DNA of 64,000 nt from a virus. Made by a program: the position numbers and the translations under genes. Positions 1 through 9,581 of the stretch are shown here, piece by piece. The notes under the pieces were generated by a model, which worked only from the letters and a program-made list of their open reading frames with translations, did no database searches and was not told where the DNA came from. How positions within the stretch are numbered: the first letter of the stretch is position 1; each line of letters begins with the position of its first letter. The stretch is from positions 32,001 to 96,000 of IMG/VR virus record IMGVR_UViG_3300017766_003987; one strand, written 5' to 3'.

Positions 1-405
1 GTCTGGTACGTCGGCAACGAGTATGATTACCGTGAGGTTCTCCGCAAGCAGAAGGAAAAGTACGGGGTCGGTCTCGACTTCATGATCGCTAACATTGCTG
101 CTATGTGTATCTGCATCGAAGCGAACGTGATCGAAACTGAAGTCATTCGAGCGCCCCACAAGCTGAACGCGTCTCGAGCAAAGCAAAATAAGCCCCCGCT
201 GCCCGATCATACGGTCGTTTCCTTGTCCCGTCGCTATCGTGTCAGCAACCCTGCGGAGACCGTCGCAAGGGGCGAGCACGCGGGGAAGCGTATGCATTTT
301 CGGCGTGGGCACTGGCGGCATTACGCCGATCACAAAACCTGGATCAAATGGATGTTGGTCGGCAACCCTGATCTCGGCTTTGTCGAGCATGAGTATCGGG
401 CATGA
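1..405 (+). CDS. hypothetical phage protein, 5'-truncated by the window edge
   Basis: Frame is open from position 1; C-terminal HFRRGHWR motif seen in phage hypotheticals. Confidence 0.6.
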   Translation, partial: VWYVGNEYDYREVLRKQKEKYGVGLDFMIANIAAMCICIEANVIETEVIRAPHKLNASRAKQNKPPLPDHTVVSLSRRYRVSNPAETVARGEHAGKRMHFRRGHWRHYADHKTWIKWMLVGNPDLGFVEHEYRA

Positions 406-683
406 TCCGTCGGGGCGATAGGGTCACCAGCAAGGGCAGCAAAGATCGAGGTACGGTCACTGCTACAGATGGGACTATCACTAGGGTAAAGTGGGATTTG
501 CTCAGAGGCAGTCCTGATTATCTTATCGCCTGCGTTGACCTGGAGATCATCAAGGGAATTCAGATCAACGAAAGTTACCCTACCTGCTCCGCAAATACTT
601 GCGCCATGCTGCGGATTCCTTTACACTGGGCAGGCGTGCCGATGCACGAGTGTCGGTTCCGAACCATATTGGCGAACAGATGA
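402..683 (+). CDS. hypothetical protein
   Basis: ATGA overlaps with both flanking genes. Confidence 0.5.
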   Translation: MIRRGDRVTSKGSKDRGTVTATDGTITRVKWDLLRGSPDYLIACVDLEIIKGIQINESYPTCSANTCAMLRIPLHWAGVPMHECRFRTILANR

Positions 684-2368
684 AGTCGCGATACTATCAG
701 GACGAGGCTGAGGCTTCGTTATACGCCTATTTCGCAACACATACTAAAGCGGAAGACAATCCCGTCGTGGCTATGCCGACTGGCACAGGCAAGTCAATTG
801 TTATTGCGAAGTTCATTAAAGGTGTTATGTCTACCTGGCCCTCTCAACGGGTCATTATGACTACGCACGTCAAAGAACTGATCGATCAGAACGCTGACAA
901 GATGAAGCAGTTCTGGCCGCAGTCGCCTCTTGGAATTTACTCGGCGGGTCTGGGTCAAAAGAACCATACTATGCCCATTACGTTCGCCGGTATTCAATCG
1001 GCGATGAATGATCCCGATCTGTTCGGCTGGCAGGATCTGATGATCATTGATGAGTGTCATCTGGTCAGCCCAAACGCCAATACCGGTTATCAACAGTTCA
1101 TCAAGCGCCTGCGCGAGCGCAACCCTCGCCTTCGTATCATTGGGCTGTCTGCTACTCCCTATCGCCTCGGGCTCGGCATGATTACCGATGGAGGTATCTT
1201 TACTGATATCTCGTACGATATCACAGGTTTACACGCCTTCAACCGATTAATTGACGAAGCATATCTTATGCCGTTGATTCCGATGCCGACGGAAACCGAG
1301 TTCGATACCTCGGGCGTTCACATCCGCGGCGGTGAGTTCATTGCAGCCGAGCTTCAAGACCTCGCCAAATACGAGATCACCCGGGACGCATTGTGGGAGG
1401 CAGCTGAGAAAGCGAAGCTGCGTGCTCATTGGTTGATCTTCGCGTCCGGCGTTGACCACGTTCGCATGATCGTTGACATCCTTCGTAAGATGGGGATCAG
1501 CGCAGCAGGCGTCCATTCGAAGATGGATGCAAGCATCGACGGCAATCGAGACGATAATCTCGAAAATTTCAAGTCTGGCAAAATCAGGGCGCTTGTGAAT
1601 GCTGACATTCTCACCACAGGTTTCGACTTTCCTGCACTCGATTGTATCATTCTTCTTCGGCCGACAAACTCCCCCGGACTCCACGTTCAAATCTTGGGAA
1701 GAGGCACTCGTCCATTTTATGCTCCTGGCTTTGATCTCGATGATCTTGACCAGCGTCTTGCGGCTGTTGCAACCTCGACCAAGCAGAACTGTTTGGTCCT
1801 CGATTTTGCAGGCAATACGCAACGTCTAGGCCCGATCAATGATCCGCGCATCCCGGGGAAGAAGCGGGGCGGTGCAGGGGATATGCCGATCAAGGGGTGC
1901 AACGAATGTGGTTGCCTCAATCACATATCGGCACGCAACTGCATCAACTGCGGTGCGCCTTTCCAGTTCATGGAAAAGATTACGCCAAAGGCTTCGACGC
2001 TCGCCCTGATTCTCAGAGACGAACCTGAAGTGGTAGTGTTTGACGTTGATAGCGTCACCTATGCGCCGAACACGCGGCAACCGATCCCCTCGCTCAAAGT
2101 AAACTACTTCTGTGGAGTTCGTCGCTTTACAGAATGGATTTGCCTCGAGCATGAGGGCAACGCCATTCAGAACAAAGCGTTCGCTTGGTGGAAGAAACGG
2201 ATGCCTGGCAGCGATGAAGATCCGCCTAGAACTATTGAAGCCGCGCTTCCGCATGTAGATAAATTGTTGGTGCCCAAGAAGATCCGCGTGTGGGTCAACA
2301 AGCCGAAGTACCCTGAGATTCTCATGCACCTGTTTGAAGACGATATAAAGGAACCCGCCAATGTCTGA
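680..2368 (+). CDS. SF2 DNA helicase (RadD/YejH-like) with C-terminal zinc finger
   Basis: Q motif RYYQ, Walker A PTGTGKS, DECH, SAT, TTGFDFP, QILGRGTR, CxxC..CxxC; start moved to ATG 680 (MKSRYYQ). Confidence 0.9.
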   Translation: MKSRYYQDEAEASLYAYFATHTKAEDNPVVAMPTGTGKSIVIAKFIKGVMSTWPSQRVIMTTHVKELIDQNADKMKQFWPQSPLGIYSAGLGQKNHTMPITFAGIQSAMNDPDLFGWQDLMIIDECHLVSPNANTGYQQFIKRLRERNPRLRIIGLSATPYRLGLGMITDGGIFTDISYDITGLHAFNRLIDEAYLMPLIPMPTETEFDTSGVHIRGGEFIAAELQDLAKYEITRDALWEAAEKAKLRAHWLIFASGVDHVRMIVDILRKMGISAAGVHSKMDASIDGNRDDNLENFKSGKIRALVNADILTTGFDFPALDCIILLRPTNSPGLHVQILGRGTRPFYAPGFDLDDLDQRLAAVATSTKQNCLVLDFAGNTQRLGPINDPRIPGKKRGGAGDMPIKGCNECGCLNHISARNCINCGAPFQFMEKITPKASTLALILRDEPEVVVFDVDSVTYAPNTRQPIPSLKVNYFCGVRRFTEWICLEHEGNAIQNKAFAWWKKRMPGSDEDPPRTIEAALPHVDKLLVPKKIRVWVNKPKYPEILMHLFEDDIKEPANV

Positions 2369-2618
2369 ACCTCAAGCTAAACCCTATCGCCTTCGTGAGG
2401 GCGGCGCGGCCGACGACGCCAGCATTGCCTTGTCAGTTGCACTTAACAACTGGTTCACGTCTTTTGGACCCTCTGTCATTTTCAGGACTTGCGAGAACTG
2501 CAAGTTTATGATTGAAGCTGGTCCCGCGTTCTGTTCGCTTTGGAACGTGACCCCACCCGCTCAGGTCATTTGCTCGGGTTGCCCATCGCACCAAGACAAG
2601 CAAGAGATTCCGTTCTGA
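2361..2618 (+). CDS. small Cys-rich hypothetical protein
   Basis: CENC..C..C pattern, acidic EIPF C-terminus, AAGGA SD. Confidence 0.6.
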   Translation: MSEPQAKPYRLREGGAADDASIALSVALNNWFTSFGPSVIFRTCENCKFMIEAGPAFCSLWNVTPPAQVICSGCPSHQDKQEIPF

Positions 2619-2857
2619 TGGGCGACAAGATCTCAGAGGCGATCAGCATTCGAGCGGCAAACGTCGGTCGAAAGCAGCGGCGTAACGAATTGCGTCCACA
2701 GGTAGCAGCCACCATTTACGCGGGTTACATCACCACTCGCCAAGGAATGGAACCGCGCAATAAAGATCTAGCGATGGCTGTTGCAATCGAAGACGCTGAT
2801 CTTTTGCTGTTGAAGCTTTTTCCGATTTTGCCCGAGGTCGATCCCAGCCATGAGTAG
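2618..2857 (+). CDS. hypothetical protein
   Basis: TGATG coupling to the upstream stop. Confidence 0.5.
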   Translation: MGDKISEAISIRAANVGRKQRRNELRPQVAATIYAGYITTRQGMEPRNKDLAMAVAIEDADLLLLKLFPILPEVDPSHE

Positions 2858-3149
2858 CATTCAACTCAATTTCATGCCGCATCCGTTGGCGGGCCAGGTT
2901 CAGCCCTTGAGTGCCCCCGACGGCACCTCCCTCAACGTCATCCTTCCGCCTGATACCCAATACGCAGTGACGCGGAAATACAGCTTTCTGCTGATCCGCG
3001 AACCTGAGCTAGGGGGCTGGTTCACTTCGTGGCAGGATCGGTACGGCGGCGGCTCTGCCTCGAGCACGCGAGAAGGCCCCTTCCGTGATCGCTTCGCAGC
3101 CGAGGCTAATTGCAGGCGTATCTTAAAAGAGCTTGGGCAAAAGAATTAG
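2850..3149 (+). CDS. hypothetical protein
   Basis: ORF with GAGG SD in a tightly packed run. Confidence 0.55.
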   Translation: MSSIQLNFMPHPLAGQVQPLSAPDGTSLNVILPPDTQYAVTRKYSFLLIREPELGGWFTSWQDRYGGGSASSTREGPFRDRFAAEANCRRILKELGQKN

Positions 3150-3151
3150 GG

Positions 3152-3181
3152 GTTGCGTCCTTAGTCGAGACATGAGATAAC
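3152..3181 (+). promoter_or_regulatory. repeated early promoter, copy 1 (GTTGC-N16-TGnGATAA)
   Basis: TTGCGT-N17-GATAAC with extended -10 TG; same spacing at 5460, 7954, 34938, 35652. Confidence 0.7.
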
Positions 3182-3209
3182 AATCCTGTCGCAAACGAAA
3201 GGACATGAA

Positions 3210-3449
3210 ATGCGTTACACAGTCAGCATGACCACCGTCGCCGGGTTCGTCGTTCACCTTTACGACGGCGATGAAGAAGGCACTGCGAAGGCGGTCGTCT
3301 ATGACGCCATCTTCACTGCATTCCCCGGTGTGGGTCATGTGACGATTGTTGCCGAGGCCGATGTCTCCGCCCCCGGATCTGCAGATTTCCTTGCATACCG
3401 GGGTCTTGAGGCTATCAGCATCGCCTTCAATGCCTTCCCCTCCAATTAA
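3210..3449 (+). CDS. hypothetical protein
   Basis: Follows the promoter and GAAAGGA SD. Confidence 0.6.
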   Translation: MRYTVSMTTVAGFVVHLYDGDEEGTAKAVVYDAIFTAFPGVGHVTIVAEADVSAPGSADFLAYRGLEAISIAFNAFPSN

Positions 3450-3502
3450 GCGACCGACCTGGGCGAGCAATCGTCCGGGTCACCTTCACAAGGAACTCTG
3501 CA

Positions 3503-4036
3503 ATGTCTTATCTATATCGCGACCATGCAGCCCGAGCCGCGAAAAGTAAAAGCTGGCCCGGTTTCATAACCTTCTTTGATCGTAAGGTCTCGCAGTGGTA
3601 TAATAGAGAGGTCGCAACCCCCTTTCCGCCTGAGCTTTTGGCGTGGGAAAAGACAGACTTCGTCCATCACGTTGAATGGACCACAGAGTCTTACCATCAA
3701 GACTTTACAGGTGAAAAACTTAACGCGGGGAATCTTCACCCTTGCCTTGTTGTGACTTGTCGGCGCGAAGAAATCACCGAGGCGATACCCGAAGGTTATG
3801 TCATTCAGCCAATTACTCGGGAGCTTTGGTACGAAATTAAAGGCAGCGCGCAGTCGCCGGGTCTTCGTGCAAAGTCGGAAATCGAATCCCCTGTTAAGGT
3901 TGTGTGGAGACTTGCCGACGAAATGAAGAGTGCAGACCGCAAGACGGTTATCGCGGCATGCGTTGAAGCAGGTGTGAACAAGTCGACGGCTTCGACGCAG
4001 TATTACAAGTGGCAATTGGCGCAAAAGGGGAGCTAA
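3503..4036 (+). CDS. hypothetical protein with C-terminal putative helical DNA-binding domain (TAxTQYxxW family)
   Basis: Shares motif with 4150..4818 and 30009..30656. Confidence 0.65.
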   Translation: MSYLYRDHAARAAKSKSWPGFITFFDRKVSQWYNREVATPFPPELLAWEKTDFVHHVEWTTESYHQDFTGEKLNAGNLHPCLVVTCRREEITEAIPEGYVIQPITRELWYEIKGSAQSPGLRAKSEIESPVKVVWRLADEMKSADRKTVIAACVEAGVNKSTASTQYYKWQLAQKGS

Positions 4037-4149
4037 TCGGATAAAACAGACAAGCGCCCACTTTCGTAGTTGGCAAAGCTACGAGAACGCATAATATACC
4101 AATCGATCAGTCAATTCCGACACCTCGCAACAAACAAGGATTTTTCCAA

Positions 4150-4818
4150 ATGCGTATGATCAATTCTCTCGCGCTTGCCTCGCTGTGCATGGCTGGCATC
4201 GCTTTCGCTCCTGCTGATGGCGCTGCCGGTGCAGCCCCTGATGCAAGCTCGACCGTCGCCGGCAATGCGCCGGTGGTCGAGACCAAGACCGTCCTCAAGC
4301 AGAACGGCATCAAGCGCCCCGACGCCGGCAGCGTCACCGGCAAGCTCTGGGACATCGCCGACGAAGAGTCCAAGAAACTCAACGCCCCGGCCCCTCGCAA
4401 GACGGTCGTTGACCGCTACATGAAAGAACAGCCTGGCGCGAACAACGCCACTGCCAATACGCAGTACGCTCGCTGGGTCACCTACAACGGCGCGTCCGAG
4501 ATTCTGAAGGCAAACCGCGCTGCGACCAAGACCGCCGGCGCTGAGGCCAAGGAAAAGGAAAAGGCCGAGAAGGCTGCTGCCAAGCAGGCTGAGAAGGACG
4601 CCAAGGCGAAGGCCAAGGCTGACGAGAAGGCCGTGAAGGACGCCGAGAAGGCTGCCGCCGCTGCGAAGAAGGCCGAAGAGAAGGCTGCGGCTGAGAAGGC
4701 TGCTGCTGACGCCAAGGCGAAGGCTGAAGCTGACAAGAAGGCTGCTGATGACGCCGCCGCGGCTCAGAAGGCCAAGGACGACAAGGCCGGCAAGAACGGC
4801 AACTCGCCCGCGAAGTAA
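4150..4818 (+). CDS. TAxTQYxxW-domain protein with Ala/Lys/Glu-rich (histone H1/TolA-like) tail
   Basis: Strong codon bias, AAGGA SD, low-complexity KAAA repeats, downstream terminator. Confidence 0.7.
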   Translation: MRMINSLALASLCMAGIAFAPADGAAGAAPDASSTVAGNAPVVETKTVLKQNGIKRPDAGSVTGKLWDIADEESKKLNAPAPRKTVVDRYMKEQPGANNATANTQYARWVTYNGASEILKANRAATKTAGAEAKEKEKAEKAAAKQAEKDAKAKAKADEKAVKDAEKAAAAAKKAEEKAAAEKAAADAKAKAEADKKAADDAAAAQKAKDDKAGKNGNSPAK

Positions 4819-4875
4819 CGAGGCCACAAAGAGATTTGGGTTCGGAAGGGGTTCCTTCCCAAGTCTCCTCCCGAG

Positions 4876-4911
4876 GGGGTCGCTGAGCAATCGGCGGCCC
4901 CCTTTCCTTTA
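4876..4911 (+). terminator. intrinsic terminator
   Basis: GGGGGTCGCTGA-GCAA-TCGGCGGCCCCC followed by TTTCCTTT. Confidence 0.6.
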
Positions 4912-4931
4912 ACCAGCAGAAAGTCAACAAA

Positions 4932-5135
4932 ATGCGCAAGATCGTAGCAATGCAACAGAATGGTGAGGTCGTCGTCCGCAGCACGGGTGCCGACATTAGC
5001 CTGGATGAGCTCATGGCAAATTATCATGAGATGATCGGTCGGGATGAAAAGCGATATGCTTTTGTTAATCTGATGTCCCAAGACCCAGACAGCGGCAACT
5101 GGCACGTCGAAAAGTACAAGCACCAAATCGTCTAG
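4932..5135 (+). CDS. hypothetical protein
   Basis: Short ORF on the coding strand. Confidence 0.5.
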   Translation: MRKIVAMQQNGEVVVRSTGADISLDELMANYHEMIGRDEKRYAFVNLMSQDPDSGNWHVEKYKHQIV

Positions 5136-5190
5136 TTGTTTTCTCGTTTGATTGGTGGGACATTGGGTCATCGAAAAAAGGAACCCCTCG

Positions 5191-5451
5191 ATGATCCAAG
5201 CCCCGCACGTCAATCTGAACGGCTCGAGCAAGAGCGATCTGCTTGAGCAGTATCAGAAAGCCTACCTCGCGGCCAGCAAGTCGGTCGACATGCTGCGCCT
5301 TTGCGCCCCGCACGGTCGGGACTATCAGGGCCTTCCTGTGGAAGCATATGAGACGGCCCGGACTCAGCACAAAATGCGAATGGAGTCTGCACACAAGATC
5401 GCAAACGACATTCTCGACATTGTTGAGCAGATCACGGTACAAGGCAGATAA
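5191..5451 (+). CDS. hypothetical protein
   Basis: AAGGAACCCC SD motif before ATG 5191. Confidence 0.6.
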   Translation: MIQAPHVNLNGSSKSDLLEQYQKAYLAASKSVDMLRLCAPHGRDYQGLPVEAYETARTQHKMRMESAHKIANDILDIVEQITVQGR

Positions 5452-5459
5452 CCTTTCAA

Positions 5460-5489
5460 GTTGCCTATCCAATTGCGACATGGGATAAC
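5460..5489 (+). promoter_or_regulatory. repeated early promoter, copy 2
   Basis: GTTGCCTA...TGGGATAAC. Confidence 0.7.
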
Positions 5490-5518
5490 AATCATGTCGA
5501 AACAAAAGGAACCCCGAC

Positions 5519-5926
5519 ATGAACGCAATCACCCAAGCCGGTCTTCGTGCAGCCAAGGCCGACAAGTTCGAAAAGATTCTCGATGAAGCCCGCGATGCTG
5601 CCCGGTTGGCCGTCGCCGAGGCATCGAAGAAGTTTCCTGAGATGGCTGGTGCGTGCGGCTTCGCATGGGTCAGGATCGACGGCACAGAAGGTCTCGCTCG
5701 TCATTGTCGCAAGATGAGGAACAGTGAAGTTGCCTCCGATCCGCGCTTCCGTAACGAGTATAACCGTCGCTACGGCAACAAGGGCTACCCCAACGGGTGG
5801 CAGTTCTGGAATCCTGGCGATCACATGGGTCAGCGAGTCGATATCAAAGAAGCCGGCGCAGCTGCCTTCCGTGACGTCCTCGCGAACTACGGCATTCGTG
5901 CCGATTCCGGCTCGCGTCTCGACTGA
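5519..5926 (+). CDS. hypothetical phage protein
   Basis: AAGGAACCCC SD; GACGFAWV and SRLD-terminal motifs seen in phage hypotheticals. Confidence 0.65.
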   Translation: MNAITQAGLRAAKADKFEKILDEARDAARLAVAEASKKFPEMAGACGFAWVRIDGTEGLARHCRKMRNSEVASDPRFRNEYNRRYGNKGYPNGWQFWNPGDHMGQRVDIKEAGAAAFRDVLANYGIRADSGSRLD

Positions 5927-5974
5927 TCAACGTGACGGGGGCACAAGCCTCCGTCCTCTCATCCACAGAAAGCA

Positions 5975-6688
5975 ATGCAAATGGCCTATGATGGTCCTGA
6001 AGTCAAAATCGAAGAGGTCTCAGTCCGCAAGGCGAGCCTGAATCTTTCTCACGTCGAACGGTTCCTTTGCATTGCCGTCGGTTTCGATCCGAAGCGCACA
6101 AAAATGCAGCGTGTTGATAATCCGCAGACGTTCGAGCTGGTCGAAGAAACGACCGGCTTCATGAAAATTCTCGACGCGAATTTCAACACCGATCCGGATC
6201 GGGAGCCACCGTTCATCGATACGCTGCTACTACAGCTCAAGGAATGGGACGCGTCGCCCCGTGACGGAAATCTGGTCGCCCGTCGAGCATGGGAGCTGAT
6301 CGAATACTATCAGCGGCAACTCGAAAAGACGCAGAATGACGCGTCCGGCTGGGTCAATACCGGTTGCTTTGACAAGCACGGCAAAGAGATCAAGCTCGGC
6401 GACCGCGTTCGCTACAATCTCGAGGGCCCGGGTACCCAGCGTGAATACTGGAATCCGGAATACATCGTCATCTGGGAAGCACCCATGTTCACGCTCAAGC
6501 ATGTTGGCGGCGGTAAGTCGGGCGACGGTGACTCTCTTTTCAAACTGAAGCACGGTGGCAGAAACGGGCAGCTCGAGATCATTCCGCCTTCTGAAACGGC
6601 TAATGAAATGAGCAAGCGAGCCGAAGCGATCCGTGAAGAGCATCGCTCGCGCGGCGGTGGCAATCCTGAAGATGAGATCCCATCATGA
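5975..6688 (+). CDS. hypothetical protein with YopX-like segment
   Basis: TGCFDKHGKEIKLGDRV resembles the YopX signature TGxxDKNGxEIYEGDIV. Confidence 0.55.
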   Translation: MQMAYDGPEVKIEEVSVRKASLNLSHVERFLCIAVGFDPKRTKMQRVDNPQTFELVEETTGFMKILDANFNTDPDREPPFIDTLLLQLKEWDASPRDGNLVARRAWELIEYYQRQLEKTQNDASGWVNTGCFDKHGKEIKLGDRVRYNLEGPGTQREYWNPEYIVIWEAPMFTLKHVGGGKSGDGDSLFKLKHGGRNGQLEIIPPSETANEMSKRAEAIREEHRSRGGGNPEDEIPS

Positions 6689-6900
6689 AATACTGGACTC
6701 GACGGAATAGATCGCAGCGAGCATCTGCGATCCAAAAAGTCACCGTGCTCGAAACGGTGCCCGATAGCAGTGGTGCAACCCATTATCCCATCCTGTATTT
6801 TCAGGTGGACGGCGTCTGGCATTGCATCGAGTTTGAGAACGAGGGCGAGGCCAAAGTTCTCATGAGTTCCGCAGCACAAATCTTCAGAGGGATCAAATGA
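6685..6900 (+). CDS. hypothetical protein
   Basis: ATGA overlaps. Confidence 0.5.
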   Translation: MKYWTRRNRSQRASAIQKVTVLETVPDSSGATHYPILYFQVDGVWHCIEFENEGEAKVLMSSAAQIFRGIK

Positions 6901-7163
6901 CCATATACATCAATCCAGCCCACATGACCAAAGAAGCATTCCTTCAAGAACACGGGCGACGGATGAATTATCGGCCCGACGTTCATCGCTGGGATGACTA
7001 TCTGGCAGTCTGTCTCGTCAACAATGGGCCATTCACCGCTGCGGCCATTGTGACTACTCCGCATGAGCTGGAGCACCTTCTTCTGCCCGAACCCCGTCCC
7101 AAAACCTGGTACTGGGTATCAATCGAAAAGCTTCGCCCTTACCTTCCCGAGGATTTCAAATGA
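6897..7163 (+). CDS. hypothetical protein
   Basis: ATGA overlaps. Confidence 0.55.
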   Translation: MTIYINPAHMTKEAFLQEHGRRMNYRPDVHRWDDYLAVCLVNNGPFTAAAIVTTPHELEHLLLPEPRPKTWYWVSIEKLRPYLPEDFK

Positions 7164-7615
7164 GCGACATGACACACAACTGGATCGAAGGCGAAAAGCC
7201 GGTCCTTCCCACCATTACCGACGAAGAGCTGCTCAAGCGAGCCAGTCTGTTTCGTCATATCGCCAAGGGCCCGCTTGATAGCTGGTATGCCGTCGCAACG
7301 CCCCTGAGCATGGACTATCTTCGTGGCACCTCTTGCATCTGGGACCCCAAGCTCGGCGGTTTGTTTCAGATTGACGAGCTGCATACTCTGTCCCATCGGC
7401 CCCGAATGCTTCATTTCCCGGTGAGCTGCGGTTACTACGGGTTCTTCAAACCATCGGTCGCCGAAGTCATGGCTGCAATCCCCGACAATAAAACCGACGG
7501 GCTCGAAGCATTGCTTGACGAAGGTTTCAACGCCTATTCGATCCGTTCACATTGCGATATCCACAAATCAGGCGAAGTGCAGATCGGCTATGCGGACTTC
7601 GTGAGGGTGATTTGA
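7160..7615 (+). CDS. hypothetical protein
   Basis: GAGGA SD, ATGA overlap. Confidence 0.55.
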   Translation: MSDMTHNWIEGEKPVLPTITDEELLKRASLFRHIAKGPLDSWYAVATPLSMDYLRGTSCIWDPKLGGLFQIDELHTLSHRPRMLHFPVSCGYYGFFKPSVAEVMAAIPDNKTDGLEALLDEGFNAYSIRSHCDIHKSGEVQIGYADFVRVI

Positions 7616-7977
7616 TCACGAGGGACCAAATCCTTGATCTGGTCTGTAAAGAATACAGTGTCGAACCTGAGCGAGTTTTGACACCCTATATTCGAAACCA
7701 CGACTACGATATCGTTCCGGTTAGACGCGTATATTGGTACTTGTGCCAGCAATTCTTGCCAGTTATTCGAAAGTTTGGGCCATGCACAAAGCCTAAACTA
7801 GTTCAAGGTGGCACAAACGGCGTAGCTAGGTCTTTGGGGATAAGCCCCTTTGGGTTTCGCAAGGCAACCCGGTGGGTTGAAGACTTACGCGATGACCCTG
7901 AGTTTGATGCGCGACTAGAAAAGTTAGAAAAAAGCCTCTTTGCGCAATCAGGGGTTGCAACTTCGACCGCGGGTTGA
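7612..7977 (+). CDS. stand-alone DnaA domain IV (C-terminal HTH)-like protein
   Basis: ILDLVCKEYSV...RRVYWYL...VARSLG...VEDLRDDPEFDARLEKLE resembles small alphaproteobacterial Bac_DnaA_C-like proteins; TTG start inferred. Confidence 0.55.
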   Translation: MITRDQILDLVCKEYSVEPERVLTPYIRNHDYDIVPVRRVYWYLCQQFLPVIRKFGPCTKPKLVQGGTNGVARSLGISPFGFRKATRWVEDLRDDPEFDARLEKLEKSLFAQSGVATSTAG

Positions 7978-7983
7978 GATAAC
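7954..7983 (+). promoter_or_regulatory. repeated early promoter, copy 3
   Basis: GTTGCAAC...TGAGATAAC. Confidence 0.7.
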
Positions 7984-8025
7984 AGGTCATCGAATTGAAC
8001 AACGCCAACGCAAGGAACCCCGCAA

Positions 8026-8715
8026 ATGGCCACTGACATCCGCACCAAGATCGCCGCCCTGCTCGCCAAGGCCGAAAGCACTGATAACGTCTTCGAAGCC
8101 GAAAGCTTCATGGACAAGGTCAACGAACTTCTCGAGACCCACCAGATCGAAATGCATGAGATTCGTGCGTCGATGGGGGCACAGAAGGATTCCGATCCGC
8201 TGGGCAAGGAAAAGGGCACGACCAATCTCTATGCTTCGATCAAGTGGGCCCGTGACGTTGCCGGCGCTCTGGCGAAGTACTACGGTTGCCGGTTCGTTTA
8301 CTGGAAGCGTGGCAATCACTTCACCTATGAGATCATCGGTCGCGAATCTGCGCGTACCACTTTCGAGCTGATGCTGCCTTTCGTTATCTCGCAGGTCAAG
8401 CAGCAGGCAAAGCGGATGCACATGATCCACGGCGTCAATACGTTGGCGGTTTGGGAACGCGAAGTCGGTCAGGCACTCTACGTGCGTATCTGGAACATGA
8501 TCCCCAAGGCCGAAGCCCACCGCGCCGATCTCGGTTCGAAGGCGCTTATTCCTGTGGACGACGTTCAGGCATTCATGGATGCTACCTACGGCGATCTCAA
8601 GAAGAGCCGCCAGTTGAAGATCAGCTACACACTCGAGGCTCAGGAAGCAGCGAAGCGCGTCTCGATCAACGTCCAGGCGACGGGTCGCGGCAAAGTCAAG
8701 TTGTTGGAGAAGTGA
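8026..8715 (+). CDS. DUF2786-domain protein
   Basis: N-terminal KIAALLAKAES...EAESFMDKVNELLETHQI. Confidence 0.7.
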   Translation: MATDIRTKIAALLAKAESTDNVFEAESFMDKVNELLETHQIEMHEIRASMGAQKDSDPLGKEKGTTNLYASIKWARDVAGALAKYYGCRFVYWKRGNHFTYEIIGRESARTTFELMLPFVISQVKQQAKRMHMIHGVNTLAVWEREVGQALYVRIWNMIPKAEAHRADLGSKALIPVDDVQAFMDATYGDLKKSRQLKISYTLEAQEAAKRVSINVQATGRGKVKLLEK

Positions 8716-8716
8716 A

Positions 8717-8920
8717 ATGGGTAAGCTCGTTCTTTATTACTTCGCAGTAGCTTTCCTAATACTGGCGTTCTTCATCGCGATCTCCGCTGCGATGAAGACG
8801 ACGGAAAAGGCCGCCTTTGAGTGTGAAGTCATCACAGGAGGTCACTTCGTCAATAGCCGAGGATATGAGTGCTGGTCGCAGGACGGCACGAAACGCCTTT
8901 TTCCTTCTGAAAAGTTCTAA
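8717..8920 (+). CDS. small membrane protein
   Basis: N-terminal hydrophobic helix. Confidence 0.55.
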   Translation: MGKLVLYYFAVAFLILAFFIAISAAMKTTEKAAFECEVITGGHFVNSRGYECWSQDGTKRLFPSEKF

Positions 8921-8926
8921 CGAGCA

Positions 8927-9013
8927 GCGGGCGTGATGGAACTGGTAGACAAACGAGACTTAAAATCTTGTGCTTGTATAAGCGTGCGGGTTCGAATCCC
9001 GCCGCCCGCACCA
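8927..9013 (+). tRNA. tRNA-Leu(TAA)
   Basis: GCGGGCG/CGCCCGC acceptor stem, loop CTTAAAA, long variable arm, GGTTCGAATCC, encoded CCA. Confidence 0.9.
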
Positions 9014-9031
9014 ACAATCTGAGAGCTAAAA

Positions 9032-9355
9032 ATGGGCTATAAATATATCATCGTTCGCAAGGGCAATCAAGAGTTGCCTTTCATCTTTCCGGAAAACTGT
9101 GTCCACTCTTTGATGTTCCGAGCGGTCCGTATGATGACAAAGCTCGAGATCAAAACAATTTATCCGAGTGCTTCGGAGAAGATGCTTAAGGACGCAGTCG
9201 ATTCCCTGAAGGTGGTAGGTGCCGGTTCAATCACTTTAGACGTGGGCTCAGCCACAGGGAGCTCTGGGACTCTAAAGGTGCAATCGCGCCCCGGCGACGC
9301 TTCGGCCATTCAATCGTTCCCATACACGCATGGCCTGATATTCGAGGGTGAGTGA
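9032..9355 (+). CDS. hypothetical phage protein
   Basis: KYIIV..ELPFIFP..H..M and VGAG motifs. Confidence 0.6.
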   Translation: MGYKYIIVRKGNQELPFIFPENCVHSLMFRAVRMMTKLEIKTIYPSASEKMLKDAVDSLKVVGAGSITLDVGSATGSSGTLKVQSRPGDASAIQSFPYTHGLIFEGE

Positions 9356-9581
9356 CGTTTCCACATCGCGGGCCCTATCATCGTTTGTCAAACAGGAGAA
9401 ATGTCGTGTCGTTTCAGTTTTATTGGCCAGGCGGGTGGAAAATTTGGCCGCATCACTATCGAATTGCAGATGCAGATTTCGATCCTGTATTGTTCATAAA
9501 CTACTTCTGTTTCGGTCCGTTCCAATGGCGTTGGTATAGCTATGCTAATTGATTTTAGCAGCTCTGTTGTGGCGTAGTCAT

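Noticed and set aside
4540-4800. AAGGCTG/AAGGCC repeats as a CRISPR array or DNA repeat
   Set aside because: They are codon-level repeats of Lys-Ala; no fixed repeat-spacer structure
4111-5014. Long - strand ORFs opposite the Ala/Lys-rich gene (similar cases at 17877..19205, 31021..31893, 59327..60403)
   Set aside because: Shadow ORFs caused by biased codon use on the real coding strand
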